The notes under the pieces are model-generated. The model ran no database searches and was not told where the DNA came from. It worked only from the letters and a program-made list of their open reading frames with translations. From Longimicrobiales bacterium (GTDB taxonomy: Bacteria > Gemmatimonadota > Gemmatimonadetes > Longimicrobiales > Gaopeijiaceae), in assembly GCA_965226375.1 (NCBI GenBank), contig CBDDCX010000006.1, positions 416,001 to 480,000 of the forward strand: a stretch of 64,000 nucleotides of DNA, given 5' to 3'. The position numbers and the translations under genes were made by a program. Shown here one piece after another: positions 43,027-53,280 of the stretch (its first letter is position 1; each line of letters opens with the position of its first letter).

Positions 43027-44508
43027 TCACATCGACCACCCGGGTCGGTATTCACGGGACAGGTACTGATTGGCCTCTTCGATATTGGTCACCCTCATGT
43101 TCGCTCCGTCGTACTCGATCTTGCGTCCCTGGCCCGTGCGTAGCGCCACGATGCCGAGGAGCATCACCTCCGTGAGCCGGGCCGCATAATCGAAGGGTGA
43201 CGTGGCCGTGGTCTCGCCTTTGCACGCCATCGCCCAGTTCATCTCGTGACTCTCTTCGACGCGCGCATAGGTCTCGGCCACCCCCGCGGCCTCTTCCTGG
43301 AGAGCCTCGGGGAAGAGGACCGGATTCCGACCGTAGGTCTCGTGCATGAGGATGCCGCGGTCCCCCACGTAGATCACGCCCCCCTCCCGCTTCAGGGCGA
43401 TTTCCGGGGGGAGCTGTTCAGGCCGAGGCGGCATGAGGCCGCCGTCGTACCAGTACATGTCGACCGGGGGACGCTCCCCTCGGCTCGGGAATTCGTAATG
43501 GACGGTCATGGCCACCGGGTAGCTGACCGGAGCCTCACTGGGTCCTCCCCAGGGAGTCGACGTAGTCTCGACCGCAGTCGGGTAGCCGAGGTCGAGCGCC
43601 CAGAACGGGTGATCCACCAGGTGTGCTCCCATATCGCCGAGAGCCCCCACACCGAACGCCGTCCAACCCCGCCAATGGAATGGGTGATAAATCGGGTGGT
43701 ACGCCACGTCCTCGGCGATAGCGCCGACGAAGTTCTTCCAGTCCAGGGTCAACGGCTGTGCGTAGCCCCCGTCCAACGCTGCAGCGATGCGGCGGTTCGT
43801 CGATCCTGGCCACCAGTCGCTCTGGTCGGGCATCTCTTCGGGTGTGACCGGCAAAGGAAGTCCCTGGGGCCAGATGGGACGATTGGTCCAGATGTGCACT
43901 TGGCGCACGGCACCGATCACCTCGGCCTCGATCCACTCGTTGACCAGGCGCGCACCATCTTCGGAGTGGCCCTGGTTGCCCATCTGGGTGACGACTCCTG
44001 TCTCGCGGGCGATCCTGGACAGAAGTCGCGCTTCGGCCACGGTGGACGTCAGAGGCTTCTGAACGTAGACATGCTTGCCCATCTCCATGGCAGCCTTCGC
44101 GATGACGGCATGGGCGTGGTCGGGCGTGGCGATCAGAACCGCGTCGATGTCCCTCTGCTTTTCGAGCATCTCACGGAAGTCGCTGTAGTGCGTCGCCCTT
44201 TGGTACTGCTCCTGCCATCGAACGCCCTGGGGTCGAGCGTTCCCGTCGCTGTCTTTGGTCCGCTCGGTGACCTTGCGGGTCACATAGTCGAAATCGATGT
44301 CACATACGGCGACGATATTCTCCGTGCCGAGTTCCTGGGCGTTCTCGCCGCCCATCCCCCCGGCCCCCACGATCGCGACATTCAGGGTATCGCTGGGAGC
44401 CTGGTAGCCGACACCTCCCAGCACATGTCGCGGCACGATCATACCGCCCAAGGCGAGCTTCGAAGCGCCCTCGACGAAGCCGCGCCGAGTCATGGAGTTG
44501 TTGGACAC
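43027..44508 (-). CDS. Tat-exported Gfo/Idh/MocA-family oxidoreductase
   Basis: TRRGF Tat motif, VGAGGMG, ATPDHAH, VQKPL and GALGDMGAH. Confidence 0.92.
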   Translation of the reverse strand: MSNNSMTRRGFVEGASKLALGGMIVPRHVLGGVGYQAPSDTLNVAIVGAGGMGGENAQELGTENIVAVCDIDFDYVTRKVTERTKDSDGNARPQGVRWQEQYQRATHYSDFREMLEKQRDIDAVLIATPDHAHAVIAKAAMEMGKHVYVQKPLTSTVAEARLLSRIARETGVVTQMGNQGHSEDGARLVNEWIEAEVIGAVRQVHIWTNRPIWPQGLPLPVTPEEMPDQSDWWPGSTNRRIAAALDGGYAQPLTLDWKNFVGAIAEDVAYHPIYHPFHWRGWTAFGVGALGDMGAHLVDHPFWALDLGYPTAVETTSTPWGGPSEAPVSYPVAMTVHYEFPSRGERPPVDMYWYDGGLMPPRPEQLPPEIALKREGGVIYVGDRGILMHETYGRNPVLFPEALQEEAAGVAETYARVEESHEMNWAMACKGETTATSPFDYAARLTEVMLLGIVALRTGQGRKIEYDGANMRVTNIEEANQYLSREYRPGWSM

Positions 44509-44646
44509 GGCGAGTTTTCCTCCTCGTAATCGGTGGCCGGCATCCGCCCCGAACATCGACGGTCCGGGCTCGTGCGACAACATACATGTGTTGGGGCCCA
44601 CGGACACGGCGGGGCCGGGGCAGATCCCGAGGCCTATACTGAGCAG

Positions 44647-45960
44647 ATGACGACTGACATGCAGTCCAGACCGATTTCGATCTACCCTATCCTTTCGGTC
44701 AATTTCGTGGGAACGCTCGGGTTCAGCATCGTCCTGCCATTCCTCGTGTTCCTGGTGACGAGGCTGGGGGGCAACGCCCTGATCTACGGGATCATGGGTG
44801 CCACCTACTCGTTCTTTCAGCTTATCGGAGCACCCATGCTGGGCCGCATGTCCGACCGGTACGGGCGCAAGCGGATCCTGCTGGTGAGCCAGCTTGGCAC
44901 CCTCAGCTCGTGGGCCATCTTCCTCTTCGCACTCGCCTTGCCGGTGACACCCTTGATCGAGGTCGACTCCGGGATGACCGGAGCGTTCACCGTGACCATC
45001 CCACTGGTGGTCCTCTTTCTCGCCCGTGCCTTGGACGGGATCACGGGTGGGAACGTGTCCGTGGCGAACGCCTATCTGGCAGATATCACCGCGGAGAGCG
45101 ATCGAAGCGCAAACTTCGGTAAGATGGCCGTCTCGGGTAATCTCGGCTTCGTTCTCGGTCCGGCCATCGCGGGTGCCTTGGGTGCCACGGCCCTGGGGGA
45201 GGTCCCTCCCGTCGTCGCCGCTTTGCTCATCTCGGTGGTCGCGAGCCTCATCATCGGCTTCAAGCTGCCCGAGTCCACACCCTGCCGCCTCACATCCGAC
45301 CCCGAGCACACGAGCGTCCGTAAGGTCCTCGGCCAGGAGCAGAAGCCCTGCTTCCGGCTCGAGGGCGGATCCGAGTTGTCGATGACGGAGATCCTGGCCC
45401 TGCCTGGCGTCCCTCTCCTGCTGAGCCTCTACTTTCTCGTCTTTCTCGCCTTCAACTTCTTCTACATCGCCTTTCCCGTGCATGCCGCGACCCGGCTCCA
45501 GTGGTCCCTCACGGACATCGGCATCTTCTTCTCGATCATGGGCCTCATGATGGTCGTAGTGCAGGGTCCCGTCCTGACCCGGGTCTCTCGGATCTGGCCG
45601 GAAAGAACGCTGGTTATCGCCGGAGGATTGGTGCTGGCGGTCAGCTTCCTGCTGTTTACCATGGAGGGAAAACCGCCTGCCTACGCCGGGGCAGCTCTGC
45701 TCGCGCTGGGCAACGGCGTCATGTGGCCCTCGCTCATGGCCATCATCTCGATGTCGACGGGTTCGGAGGCACAGGGTGCAGTCCAGGGCTTGGCGAGCAG
45801 CAGCGGAGCGGTGGCCAGCATCGCTGGGCTACTCGTGGGCGGTCTGTTATACGGAGTGCTGGGAGCAAGTGTCTTCGTGTTGGCGGCCGTCATCACATCG
45901 ATAGCCGTGGCGACGAGCCTGCGCATTACACACCCGGCCCCACAACCCGCCACCCGCTGA
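44647..45960 (+). CDS. MFS transporter (TetA/DHA1-like)
   Basis: [13 protein letters not shown] motif [11 protein letters not shown] and ~12 TM segments. Confidence 0.92.
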   Translation: MTTDMQSRPISIYPILSVNFVGTLGFSIVLPFLVFLVTRLGGNALIYGIMGATYSFFQLIGAPMLGRMSDRYGRKRILLVSQLGTLSSWAIFLFALALPVTPLIEVDSGMTGAFTVTIPLVVLFLARALDGITGGNVSVANAYLADITAESDRSANFGKMAVSGNLGFVLGPAIAGALGATALGEVPPVVAALLISVVASLIIGFKLPESTPCRLTSDPEHTSVRKVLGQEQKPCFRLEGGSELSMTEILALPGVPLLLSLYFLVFLAFNFFYIAFPVHAATRLQWSLTDIGIFFSIMGLMMVVVQGPVLTRVSRIWPERTLVIAGGLVLAVSFLLFTMEGKPPAYAGAALLALGNGVMWPSLMAIISMSTGSEAQGAVQGLASSSGAVASIAGLLVGGLLYGVLGASVFVLAAVITSIAVATSLRITHPAPQPATR

Positions 45961-46025
45961 TCCGAGGCACCACGCGACACAAGACGTGCCCACCGGCCCG
46001 TCTTCCCGACGGATTCGGCGGCTCG

Positions 46026-47496
46026 TCACCGATTCTCGAAGAGGATCAGGAGGTCGTCGATCTCGTCGATACCACTGATGTCCAGATCTCCGTCGTTGTC
46101 GCGGTCGTGGAGGATTACACAGGAGGCCGCCTCCGAAGCCTCGAGCGCTACGGGGAACCGGACCAGCGAGCCCCCCCCCGACGTTCTCGTGGATCTCGAA
46201 ACGCCCAGAACTGAAGTGCGACGAGACGGCATCCAGGTCGCCATCCCCGTCCAGGTCACCCAGGTCGATGGCCAAGGGGAAATCGCCCAGGTCGTGGTTC
46301 TGGTCCAACCTCAAACCCCCCTCACCATCTCCCAGGAAGACCGCCAGGGTACCTTCGACCGGATTCACACCCGCAAAGTCCACATGCCCGTCTCCGTTGA
46401 GATCGCCGCTCGCCAGCATCCACGGATCCCCGCTCGTGGGGACCCGATCGGTCTCGGTGAACGTCCCGTCTCCGTTCGACAGGAAGGCGGTCATGTCGCC
46501 GCTCAAGCGCGCACCGATGACGAGATCGACGAGACCATCCTCGTTGAGATCTCCGACGGCGCAGCTCCACTCTCCATCTCCAGCGTCGAAGGTACCCCGC
46601 GAGCTGAAGAGTCCGGCTCCATCGTTCTCGAACAACGCCACGTGGTTGCCTTCGCGCGAGGCGGCGACCAGATCGGGATCCCCGTCATTCTCGAAGTCGA
46701 GAAGGCAAAGCCCCCTTATGCGTGCACCAGCGTCCAAGTTCTGCCGATGCACGAGGCCGCCTGATCCGTCCCCGTGAAAGATTGCCACGTAGGTACCCAT
46801 TGCACTCCCCACCGCAAGGTCGGGGTCCCCATCACCGTCGAAGTCCGCACCCTCGTTCGTGCTCGGCCGGTCTCCCTGGGGGACAGGAACCACTGTGAAG
46901 GGACCATATCCACCTGTACCGTCGTTCATGAAAACCCGCAGATCGTTCGATTCCTCGTTCGGCGTGACCATGTCCGACCATCCGTCCCCATCGAGGTCCC
47001 CCGCGTAGGCGCCGTATGTCTGGATGTGCTCCTCACCGGGATGCCGCACTTCCACGGTGCTCACTTCCTCGAACGTCATGGAGGTGGGCGCGACGGCGAC
47101 CCAGAAGGTCCATGTGAACCCGTGCAGCATCTCGGCGCTGTCCGCGCCACGCACCGACCCCCTGGGAATGGTCACGGTCACCGACTCTCCCGCTGACAGG
47201 GGCCGGGCCGGGGAGAACCGAAGCTCCCGGTCCCCGTCGCTGAGCGTCACCGAGCCCGTCAGGACTCCGGACCACCTACCGAGAACCCGCACGTCCCCAT
47301 CAGACACGGTGCTGGAGTCGAGGGGTCGGTCGAAGACGACGATCAAATCGTCGGACGCCCCGGCCGAGGTCGCATTCGCGCTGGGGGTGCGTGACAGAAT
47401 CTGGAGCGGGACATCCGGGCCGATCCCGTCATCGGAATCCGCGCAGCCGAACACAAAGAGAACCACCGCCGTCAGGCCGACCACCGGAACCTTCAT
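46026..47496 (-). CDS. Lipoprotein with an Ig-like domain and FG-GAP/VCBS repeats (frameshift in a C-run near 46175)
   Basis: VFGC lipobox and repeated GDLDGDGxxD motifs; the final repeat continues in ORF 46026-46259. Confidence 0.88.
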
Positions 47497-47674
47497 GACT
47501 GAGAATCGCGGCACCGCATTCGCTCCCGCGTGGGCGGCCTGATGGAACCGTTCGTAATCGACATCCTTCGCTACGCTAGCGAACAACTTGCGGTTACACA
47601 CCTTGCAGGACGCACGGCCTGTCCGGAAGATGCGGATCCCCGACCGGTCTAACTTCGCATAGCGGGAGACGCGC

Positions 47675-48010
47675 ATGAGCGTCGGAGACGACGTACACGC
47701 GAGCGCATTGGTTCTGGACGCCCATACCGACACCCTCCAGCGTCTGGTCATGGACGAGGTGGATCTCGGTGTCCGCTCTTCGGGTGATCCCCTGGTGGAG
47801 CGGGCCGACCTGCCCCGCTACGCCGAGGGCGGCATAGACGCACAGATCTTCGCGGTCTGGGTGGACACCATCTACGTGCCCCACCACGCGGCGCGACGCG
47901 CGTTGCAGCAGATCGATGCCTTCCATCGTGTTCTGGAGGCGTACCCCGACCGCGTCGGGCTGGCCCGCACAGGCCAGGACGTGAGAGACCAGTCGGCGGC
48001 CGGGCGCTGA
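47675..48010 (+). pseudogene. N-terminal fragment of a membrane dipeptidase (M19)
   Basis: VLDAHTDT, DLPRYAEGGIDAQIFAVWV; ends before the remaining catalytic motifs. Confidence 0.8.
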
Positions 48011-48074
48011 GTTATCTCCGTTATCTTCCTGGCTTCCCGCTGCCCGCAACGACATCGAACGGTGCTTTCTTCGC

Positions 48075-48137
48075 CGGCGGAGCCGCGCTTCCAACGGCGG
48101 CGAAGCCGCTCTACAACAGCGGCGGAGCCGCTCTACA
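48075..48137. repeat. Three imperfect ~22-bp direct repeats
   Basis: CGGCGGAGCCGCGCTTCCAA / CGGCGAAGCCGCTCTACAA / CGGCGGAGCCGCTCTACA, each with a small hairpin. Confidence 0.75.
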
Positions 48138-48151
48138 TAGACGGTCGACCC

Positions 48152-49477
48152 TTGAGACGTTCCCCCTCCTCCATCCTTCTCTTCTGGACACCCCTCGCAG
48201 CCACCTGGGTGATGATGGCTTCGGAGGGTCCGTTCTTAGCGGCGGTGATCGCCCGCCTGGTCGACCCGAAGTTCAATCTGGCTGCCTACGGAGTGGCCTT
48301 CGCGTTCGCCATCCTCATCGAGTCGCCGGTCATCATGCTCATGAGCGCGTCGACCGCCCTTGCAGAAGATTCGGCGACCTACCGCAAGCTCAAGCACTTC
48401 ATGCACGGGCTGAACGCTCTGGCCACAGGCCTGCTGCTCTTCGTGCTGATACCTCCCGTGTACCACTGGCTGATGGACACGGTCCTCGGCCTGCCGGAGG
48501 AAGTGGCCAGCCTGACCTATGGAGCCCTCTGGATCTTCTTGCCCTGGGCGGGAGCCATCGGATATCGACGGTGCGTACAGGGCCTCCTGATCCGATCGGG
48601 ACGGACGCGCCTGGTGGCCCTGGGAACCGTGGTACGACTCACGACGATGGCGGCCACCGCTCTGGTTCTGTACCGGGGCTTTTCACTGCCGGGTGCCTGG
48701 GTGGGGGCCGCCGCGTTGACCGTGGGCGTTTGTATGGAGGCCATAGCCGCCCGGCTCATGGCCATCACCACCATCCGGGAGCTTCTCGCAACCGAGACTG
48801 GGGGTCCCGAGTCGGGTGAGCCGCTGGGATACGGAGCGATCGCCCGATTCTACTACCCGCTGGCCCTGACTTCGCTCATCGGACTCACGGTGCAACCGCT
48901 TCTGACGTTCTTCATGGGCCGAGCCCTCTCGCCCCTCGAGTCACTGGCGGTCTTCCCGGTCGTGCACGCACTGTCGTTTCTCTTTCGCTCCCTGGGACTG
49001 AGCTTTCAGGAAGCCGCGTTGGCTCTCATGGGAAGGCGGCACGAGCACTTCCCCGAGTTGGCCCGGTTCGCCCTCTGGCTCGGGCTCGCGAGTTCGGCCG
49101 CGCTTGGGCTCGTCACCTTCACGCCTCTCGCTTCGGTGTGGTTTGGGACGGTCTCAGGCCTGAGCCCCGAGTTGGTGGCGTTTGCCCTTGCGCCGGCCCG
49201 GGTCCTGGTGCCGCTCCCGGCGTTGTCGGTTCTGCTGTCACTCCAGAGAGCGGTGCTCATGCAGGGGCGGCGCACCCATCCCATCACCTTGGCCACGTCC
49301 ATCGAAGTCACGGGAGTGGCCGTCCTTTTCGTGACCTTTGGATGGGGACTGGACTTCGTAGGCGTAACCGCAGCGTTCATCGCCTTCCTGGGAGGCCGAC
49401 TGGCCGGAGTACTCTACCTGATGCGGAGCTCACTGGAGGTGCTGCGGGCGTCCGGCTACGACCTGGCCAAGTCGTAG
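48152..49477 (+). CDS. Multi-pass membrane protein, MATE/MOP flippase-like
   Basis: ~12 TM segments with an internal duplication (FWTPLAATW / FYYPLALTS); start approximate. Confidence 0.75.
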   Translation: MRRSPSSILLFWTPLAATWVMMASEGPFLAAVIARLVDPKFNLAAYGVAFAFAILIESPVIMLMSASTALAEDSATYRKLKHFMHGLNALATGLLLFVLIPPVYHWLMDTVLGLPEEVASLTYGALWIFLPWAGAIGYRRCVQGLLIRSGRTRLVALGTVVRLTTMAATALVLYRGFSLPGAWVGAAALTVGVCMEAIAARLMAITTIRELLATETGGPESGEPLGYGAIARFYYPLALTSLIGLTVQPLLTFFMGRALSPLESLAVFPVVHALSFLFRSLGLSFQEAALALMGRRHEHFPELARFALWLGLASSAALGLVTFTPLASVWFGTVSGLSPELVAFALAPARVLVPLPALSVLLSLQRAVLMQGRRTHPITLATSIEVTGVAVLFVTFGWGLDFVGVTAAFIAFLGGRLAGVLYLMRSSLEVLRASGYDLAKS

Positions 49478-49486
49478 CACCTTTCA

Positions 49487-49538
49487 GTTGCACCTCGGTT
49501 GCACCTCGGTTACGCCTCGGTTACGCCTCGGTTGCACC
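49487..49538. repeat. 11-bp tandem repeat, 4.7 copies
   Basis: GTTGCACCTCG x2, GTTACGCCTCG x2, GTTGCACC. Confidence 0.92.
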
Positions 49539-49654
49539 CATCCCGACACGGCTCCATGGTAGCTGTCGGGGCCCGCGCCGCGAGAGCATGGTCCGACCCG
49601 CCCAGGATCAGACGCGCGGTAAATCGACCGAGCGCTAGACACGTGATCAAGTGA

Positions 49655-50344
49655 GTGAACGCCATGAAGCAGACCGGACGCCTGGGCTTTCGGATCGTGA
49701 CGGATCTTCCCCGACCGGCCCCCGAGCTGGTGGCACGCTTTCGGGGAGTGCCGAGCTCCAATGCCGCCGACGCCATGGGCCGATTCCACTTCATGGACCC
49801 CGGAATCGTCAGTCGGTCGGGTATGCCCGCTTGCGGCGTCGCCGTCACCGTGAGTTGTCGGCCGGGAGACAACCTCATGGTGCACAAGGCGCTCGAGGTC
49901 GCCGAACCCGGTGACGTGGTCGTGGTAACGACCAACGGCAACATCACGAGCGCCGTCTTCGGGGAACTCATGTGCAACTCGGCCGTGGCGGCCCGCCTGG
50001 GCGGCATTGTAGTGGACGGCGCCATTCGGGATGTCTCCGATCTCGCCGCTCTTTCGTTCCCCGCGTTCAGCCGAGCCGTGAACCCTGGGGGGTGCGACAA
50101 GGACGGTCCGGGCGAGATCAACGTGCCCATCGCATGCGGAGGCGCGGTCGTAATGCCCGGAGATATTGTCCTGGGTGACGAAGACGGCGTCACCGTGGTG
50201 CCCAGGGAGGCCGCCGAGGAGGTCGCGGAGTTGATCGAGGCGCTCCAGGCCCGAGAGGCCGCACGCATCGAGGCGATCGCGGGGGGCGAGGTCTTCAAGG
50301 CCCAGATCGACGATAGTCTTCGCGCGAAGGGGATCATGGAGTGA
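49655..50344 (+). CDS. RraA-like / HMG-CHA aldolase family protein
   Basis: PGDNLMVHKAL, AVFGELM, VVDGAIRD and PGDIVLGDEDGV. Confidence 0.9.
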   Translation: MNAMKQTGRLGFRIVTDLPRPAPELVARFRGVPSSNAADAMGRFHFMDPGIVSRSGMPACGVAVTVSCRPGDNLMVHKALEVAEPGDVVVVTTNGNITSAVFGELMCNSAVAARLGGIVVDGAIRDVSDLAALSFPAFSRAVNPGGCDKDGPGEINVPIACGGAVVMPGDIVLGDEDGVTVVPREAAEEVAELIEALQAREAARIEAIAGGEVFKAQIDDSLRAKGIME

Positions 50345-51474
50345 CGTCTCCGCCGCCGATGCTGCTCATGACGCCGGGACCCAGCCGTGTACCGGATCGC
50401 GCCTTGGAGGCGGGGGCACAGCCCGCGATGCACCACCGCACTCCCGAGTTCTCGGAGCAGCTGGGAGCGGTGATCGAGATGATGCGCCCCCTGTTCGGCA
50501 CGACCGGAGACGTCCTGCCGGTGCACACTACAGGCCGGGGCGCCATGGAAGCGGCGATCTGCAATCTGTTCTCCCCGGGCGATGAGCTCATCGCCTGCTG
50601 CAACGGCAAGTTCGGGAACATGTGGTCGGGCTTCGCAGAGTCCTACGGCCTCACCGTCCACCGCGTCTCAGAAGACTGGAGCCAAGGTCTGGACCGAGAG
50701 GAGATCGAAGACGCCTTCGTCGACTTCCCCGCATCGAAGGCCATCTTGGTGGTCCACTCCGACACGTCCACCGGTGTACTCAACGATGTCGAGGCGGTCG
50801 CCGCCCTGGCTCGATCCAGAGGCGCACTGACCTTGGTAGACTCCATCAGCGCCGTAGGAGGCGTTCCGTTCCGCTTCGACGACTGGGGCGTCGATCTAGC
50901 GGTCACCGGGAGTCAGAAGTGCTTGATGTCGAGTCCCGGACTCGCCTTTGCCGTCCTGGGACCGCGAGCATGGGCGGCTGTGGAGTCCGCGAGCCTCCCC
51001 GCGAACTATTGGAACTTCAGGGCGATCCGGGAGACCCTCACGGAACCTCGTCCTGAGACGCCCGGCACCACGCCTGTCCATCTGGTTCTCCAGCTTCGCG
51101 GTGCCCTCGACATGATCCATGAGGAGGGGCTGGCGGCGGTCTTCGCCCGTCACGAATCCATGGCGGCAATGTGCGTGGCCTGCGTGCATGAGCTCGGCCT
51201 GGAGCTGCAGTGCCCCGATCTCCCTCGCCACTCTCCAACGCTGACAGCGATCCAGGCACCCGAGTCGGTGACGGCATCCGACATCCGGGACGGGCTGCGC
51301 GAGCAGAACATTCTCGTTGCAGTGGGTCTGGGCCCGTTCGAGGGCCGCAGCGTTCGTATCGGTCACATGGGTGATATCAGGCCCGACGACGTCGAGCGCA
51401 CCCTGGTGGCCCTGACCGAGGTGCTCGGCGAACTGGGATGGAGCTCCCGATCCCACGCGAGCACGACCGGCTAG
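50341..51474 (+). CDS. Class V PLP aminotransferase (alanine-glyoxylate/serine-pyruvate type)
   Basis: MTPGPS, VHSDTSTG, VDSIS, GSQKCL and RIGHMG. Confidence 0.92.
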   Translation: MTSPPPMLLMTPGPSRVPDRALEAGAQPAMHHRTPEFSEQLGAVIEMMRPLFGTTGDVLPVHTTGRGAMEAAICNLFSPGDELIACCNGKFGNMWSGFAESYGLTVHRVSEDWSQGLDREEIEDAFVDFPASKAILVVHSDTSTGVLNDVEAVAALARSRGALTLVDSISAVGGVPFRFDDWGVDLAVTGSQKCLMSSPGLAFAVLGPRAWAAVESASLPANYWNFRAIRETLTEPRPETPGTTPVHLVLQLRGALDMIHEEGLAAVFARHESMAAMCVACVHELGLELQCPDLPRHSPTLTAIQAPESVTASDIRDGLREQNILVAVGLGPFEGRSVRIGHMGDIRPDDVERTLVALTEVLGELGWSSRSHASTTG

Positions 51475-51485
51475 GGCATACGCAC

Positions 51486-52750
51486 GTGGCCGGGAAGACC
51501 ATCAGCGAGAAGATCCTCTCCGAGAAATCGGGTCGGTCCGTTTCTGCCGGTGACTTCGTTATCTGCGAGCCCGACCGTCTCCTCGGAACGGACGCGGCGA
51601 CGCCGATGGCGATCGACTACTTCAACCAGATGGGCAGCGAGGTTGTCTTGCACCCAGAGCGGGTTTTGATCGCACTCGATCACTACGCACCACCGTCGTC
51701 CGCGGCAACCACGGGATTTCACGATCGGATCCGTGGATTTTCTGGCTCCCACGGACTTCGAGTCTGTGAGGTCGGGGACGGAATCAGCCACCAGTTGGCT
51801 GCCGAGCTGGGTTGGGTGCGGCCGGGAGACCTGGTCGCGGGAGCCGACAGTCATACCGTCACGTTGGGAGCGCTCAACGCTTTCGCCACGGGCATCGGAT
51901 CCTCGGATCTGGCGGCGGCGCTCGCATGCGGACAAGTATGGCTCCGCGTACCCGAGACGCTCCGGATCCGTATCGAGGGGGCGCTTCAGCCGGGCGTGAG
52001 GGCCAAGGACATCGCCCTGGGATACTTCGAGAGACGGACGGCCGTGGTTCCGGCCACATGGCTCTCGAATTCGACGGCGAAGGTGTGACGGAGATGGTGA
52101 TGGACGAACGATTCGTCGTGAGCAACCTCGTCGTGGAGATGGGGGCCAAGGCAGGAATCTTTCGAGCGGACGACACCACCCGACGCTACTTGAGCGAACG
52201 CTCCTCCGACGGGTGGGAGGCCGTCGAGTCCGACGCGGACGCCCACTTCGCGAGAGAGATCGTGATCGACATCGGAGACCTGTCGCCTCTCGTGGCACTG
52301 CCGCACGACCCCGCGAATGTGGCGGGGATCGAAGAAGTTTTGGGAGAACCGATCGACATGGTATTTCTCGGGACCTGTAGCGGAGGCAGGGTGGACGACT
52401 TTCGTCGTGCCCTGGCGATTCTCCGTGCGGGGGGCGGGCCGGCCGACGGGGTTCGGCTGGTGGTCACCCCGGCTTCGCGGGAGGTCCACGACCAGCTGCT
52501 CGACGACGGCACCCTCGACGCCCTGCGCGCCATGAGTGCCGTGATCACCACGCCGGGATGCGGTCCCTGCTGCGGCACGTCCGAGCCGATCCCCGAGCCC
52601 GGCATGCGGATCATCTCCACAGCCAACCGCAATTACCAGGGCCGCATGGGAGATGCTACCGCGTCCATCTATCTGGCCTCACCCGAGACGTGCGCTGCAA
52701 GCGCGGCCATGGGATGTATCACTGATCCTCGTACAATGCTCGGGGCGTAG
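51486..52750 (+). CDS. Aconitase-family dehydratase large subunit (LeuC/HacA-like; frameshift near 52025)
   Basis: GKTISEKIL, ALDH, GADSHT, FLGTCSGG, PGCGPCCG, STANRNY and LASP. Confidence 0.88.
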
Positions 52751-53268
52751 TGGAGTTCTACGCCGAAGGACGAGCCCACCGACTCGGCGACGACGTCAAC
52801 ACCGACCACATCATAGCCTCATCCCGCAAGAAGGAGACGCTCGATCCTCACGAACTGAAGGAATTCCTGTTCGAGGGCTCCAGGCCCGGGTTTGCCGCCA
52901 CCGTGGAAGAGGGTGACGTTCTGGTGGCGGGCCTGAACTTCGGATGCGGATCGGCCATGGAGGTCGCGGTCACAACTCTGATGGCCGCTGGGATTCGCGT
53001 CGTTCTCGCGGCCAGCTTTGCTCGGACCTACTACCGGAATGCCCTGAATAACGGGCTCATTACGTTGGAGTGTGACGTATCGGGTATTCGAGACCTCGAC
53101 CGCCTCAGGGTGACCCTATCGGGAGAGAACGTCCACGTGACGAACCTGACCCGAGGAGTTCCCATCCGGACCGAGCGAATCTCCGGCATCGCACAGGAAC
53201 TCTTGGAGGCAGGTGGAATCGTGCCCCTCATACGCGACCGGGGTGGTCTCCGCTCGCCCCTGCCGTGA
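52750..53268 (+). CDS. Aconitase-family dehydratase small subunit (LeuD/HacB-like)
   Basis: GDDVNTDHII, NFGCGSAME and SFARTYYRNALNNG. Confidence 0.9.
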   Translation: MEFYAEGRAHRLGDDVNTDHIIASSRKKETLDPHELKEFLFEGSRPGFAATVEEGDVLVAGLNFGCGSAMEVAVTTLMAAGIRVVLAASFARTYYRNALNNGLITLECDVSGIRDLDRLRVTLSGENVHVTNLTRGVPIRTERISGIAQELLEAGGIVPLIRDRGGLRSPLP

Positions 53269-53280
53269 CTGCAGCCGGCC

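Noticed and set aside
40293..44529. Long plus-strand ORFs 40293-42302 and 43246-44529, and similar antisense ORFs elsewhere
   Set aside because: Shadow ORFs opposite well-supported genes in GC-rich DNA, with no motifs.
49487..49538. GTTGCAC-starting repeats as CRISPR repeats
   Set aside because: The units are 11 bp and contiguous, with no unique spacers.
25183..52750. Frameshifts at ~26460, ~28350, ~46175 and ~52025 as programmed frameshifting or phase variation
   Set aside because: Most lie in or near G/C homopolymers in unrelated genes. Long-read indel error is the simpler explanation and cannot be excluded without reads.
51486..53268. Assigning the symbols leuC/leuD
   Set aside because: No leuA/leuB context and a divergent substrate motif; specificity is unknown.
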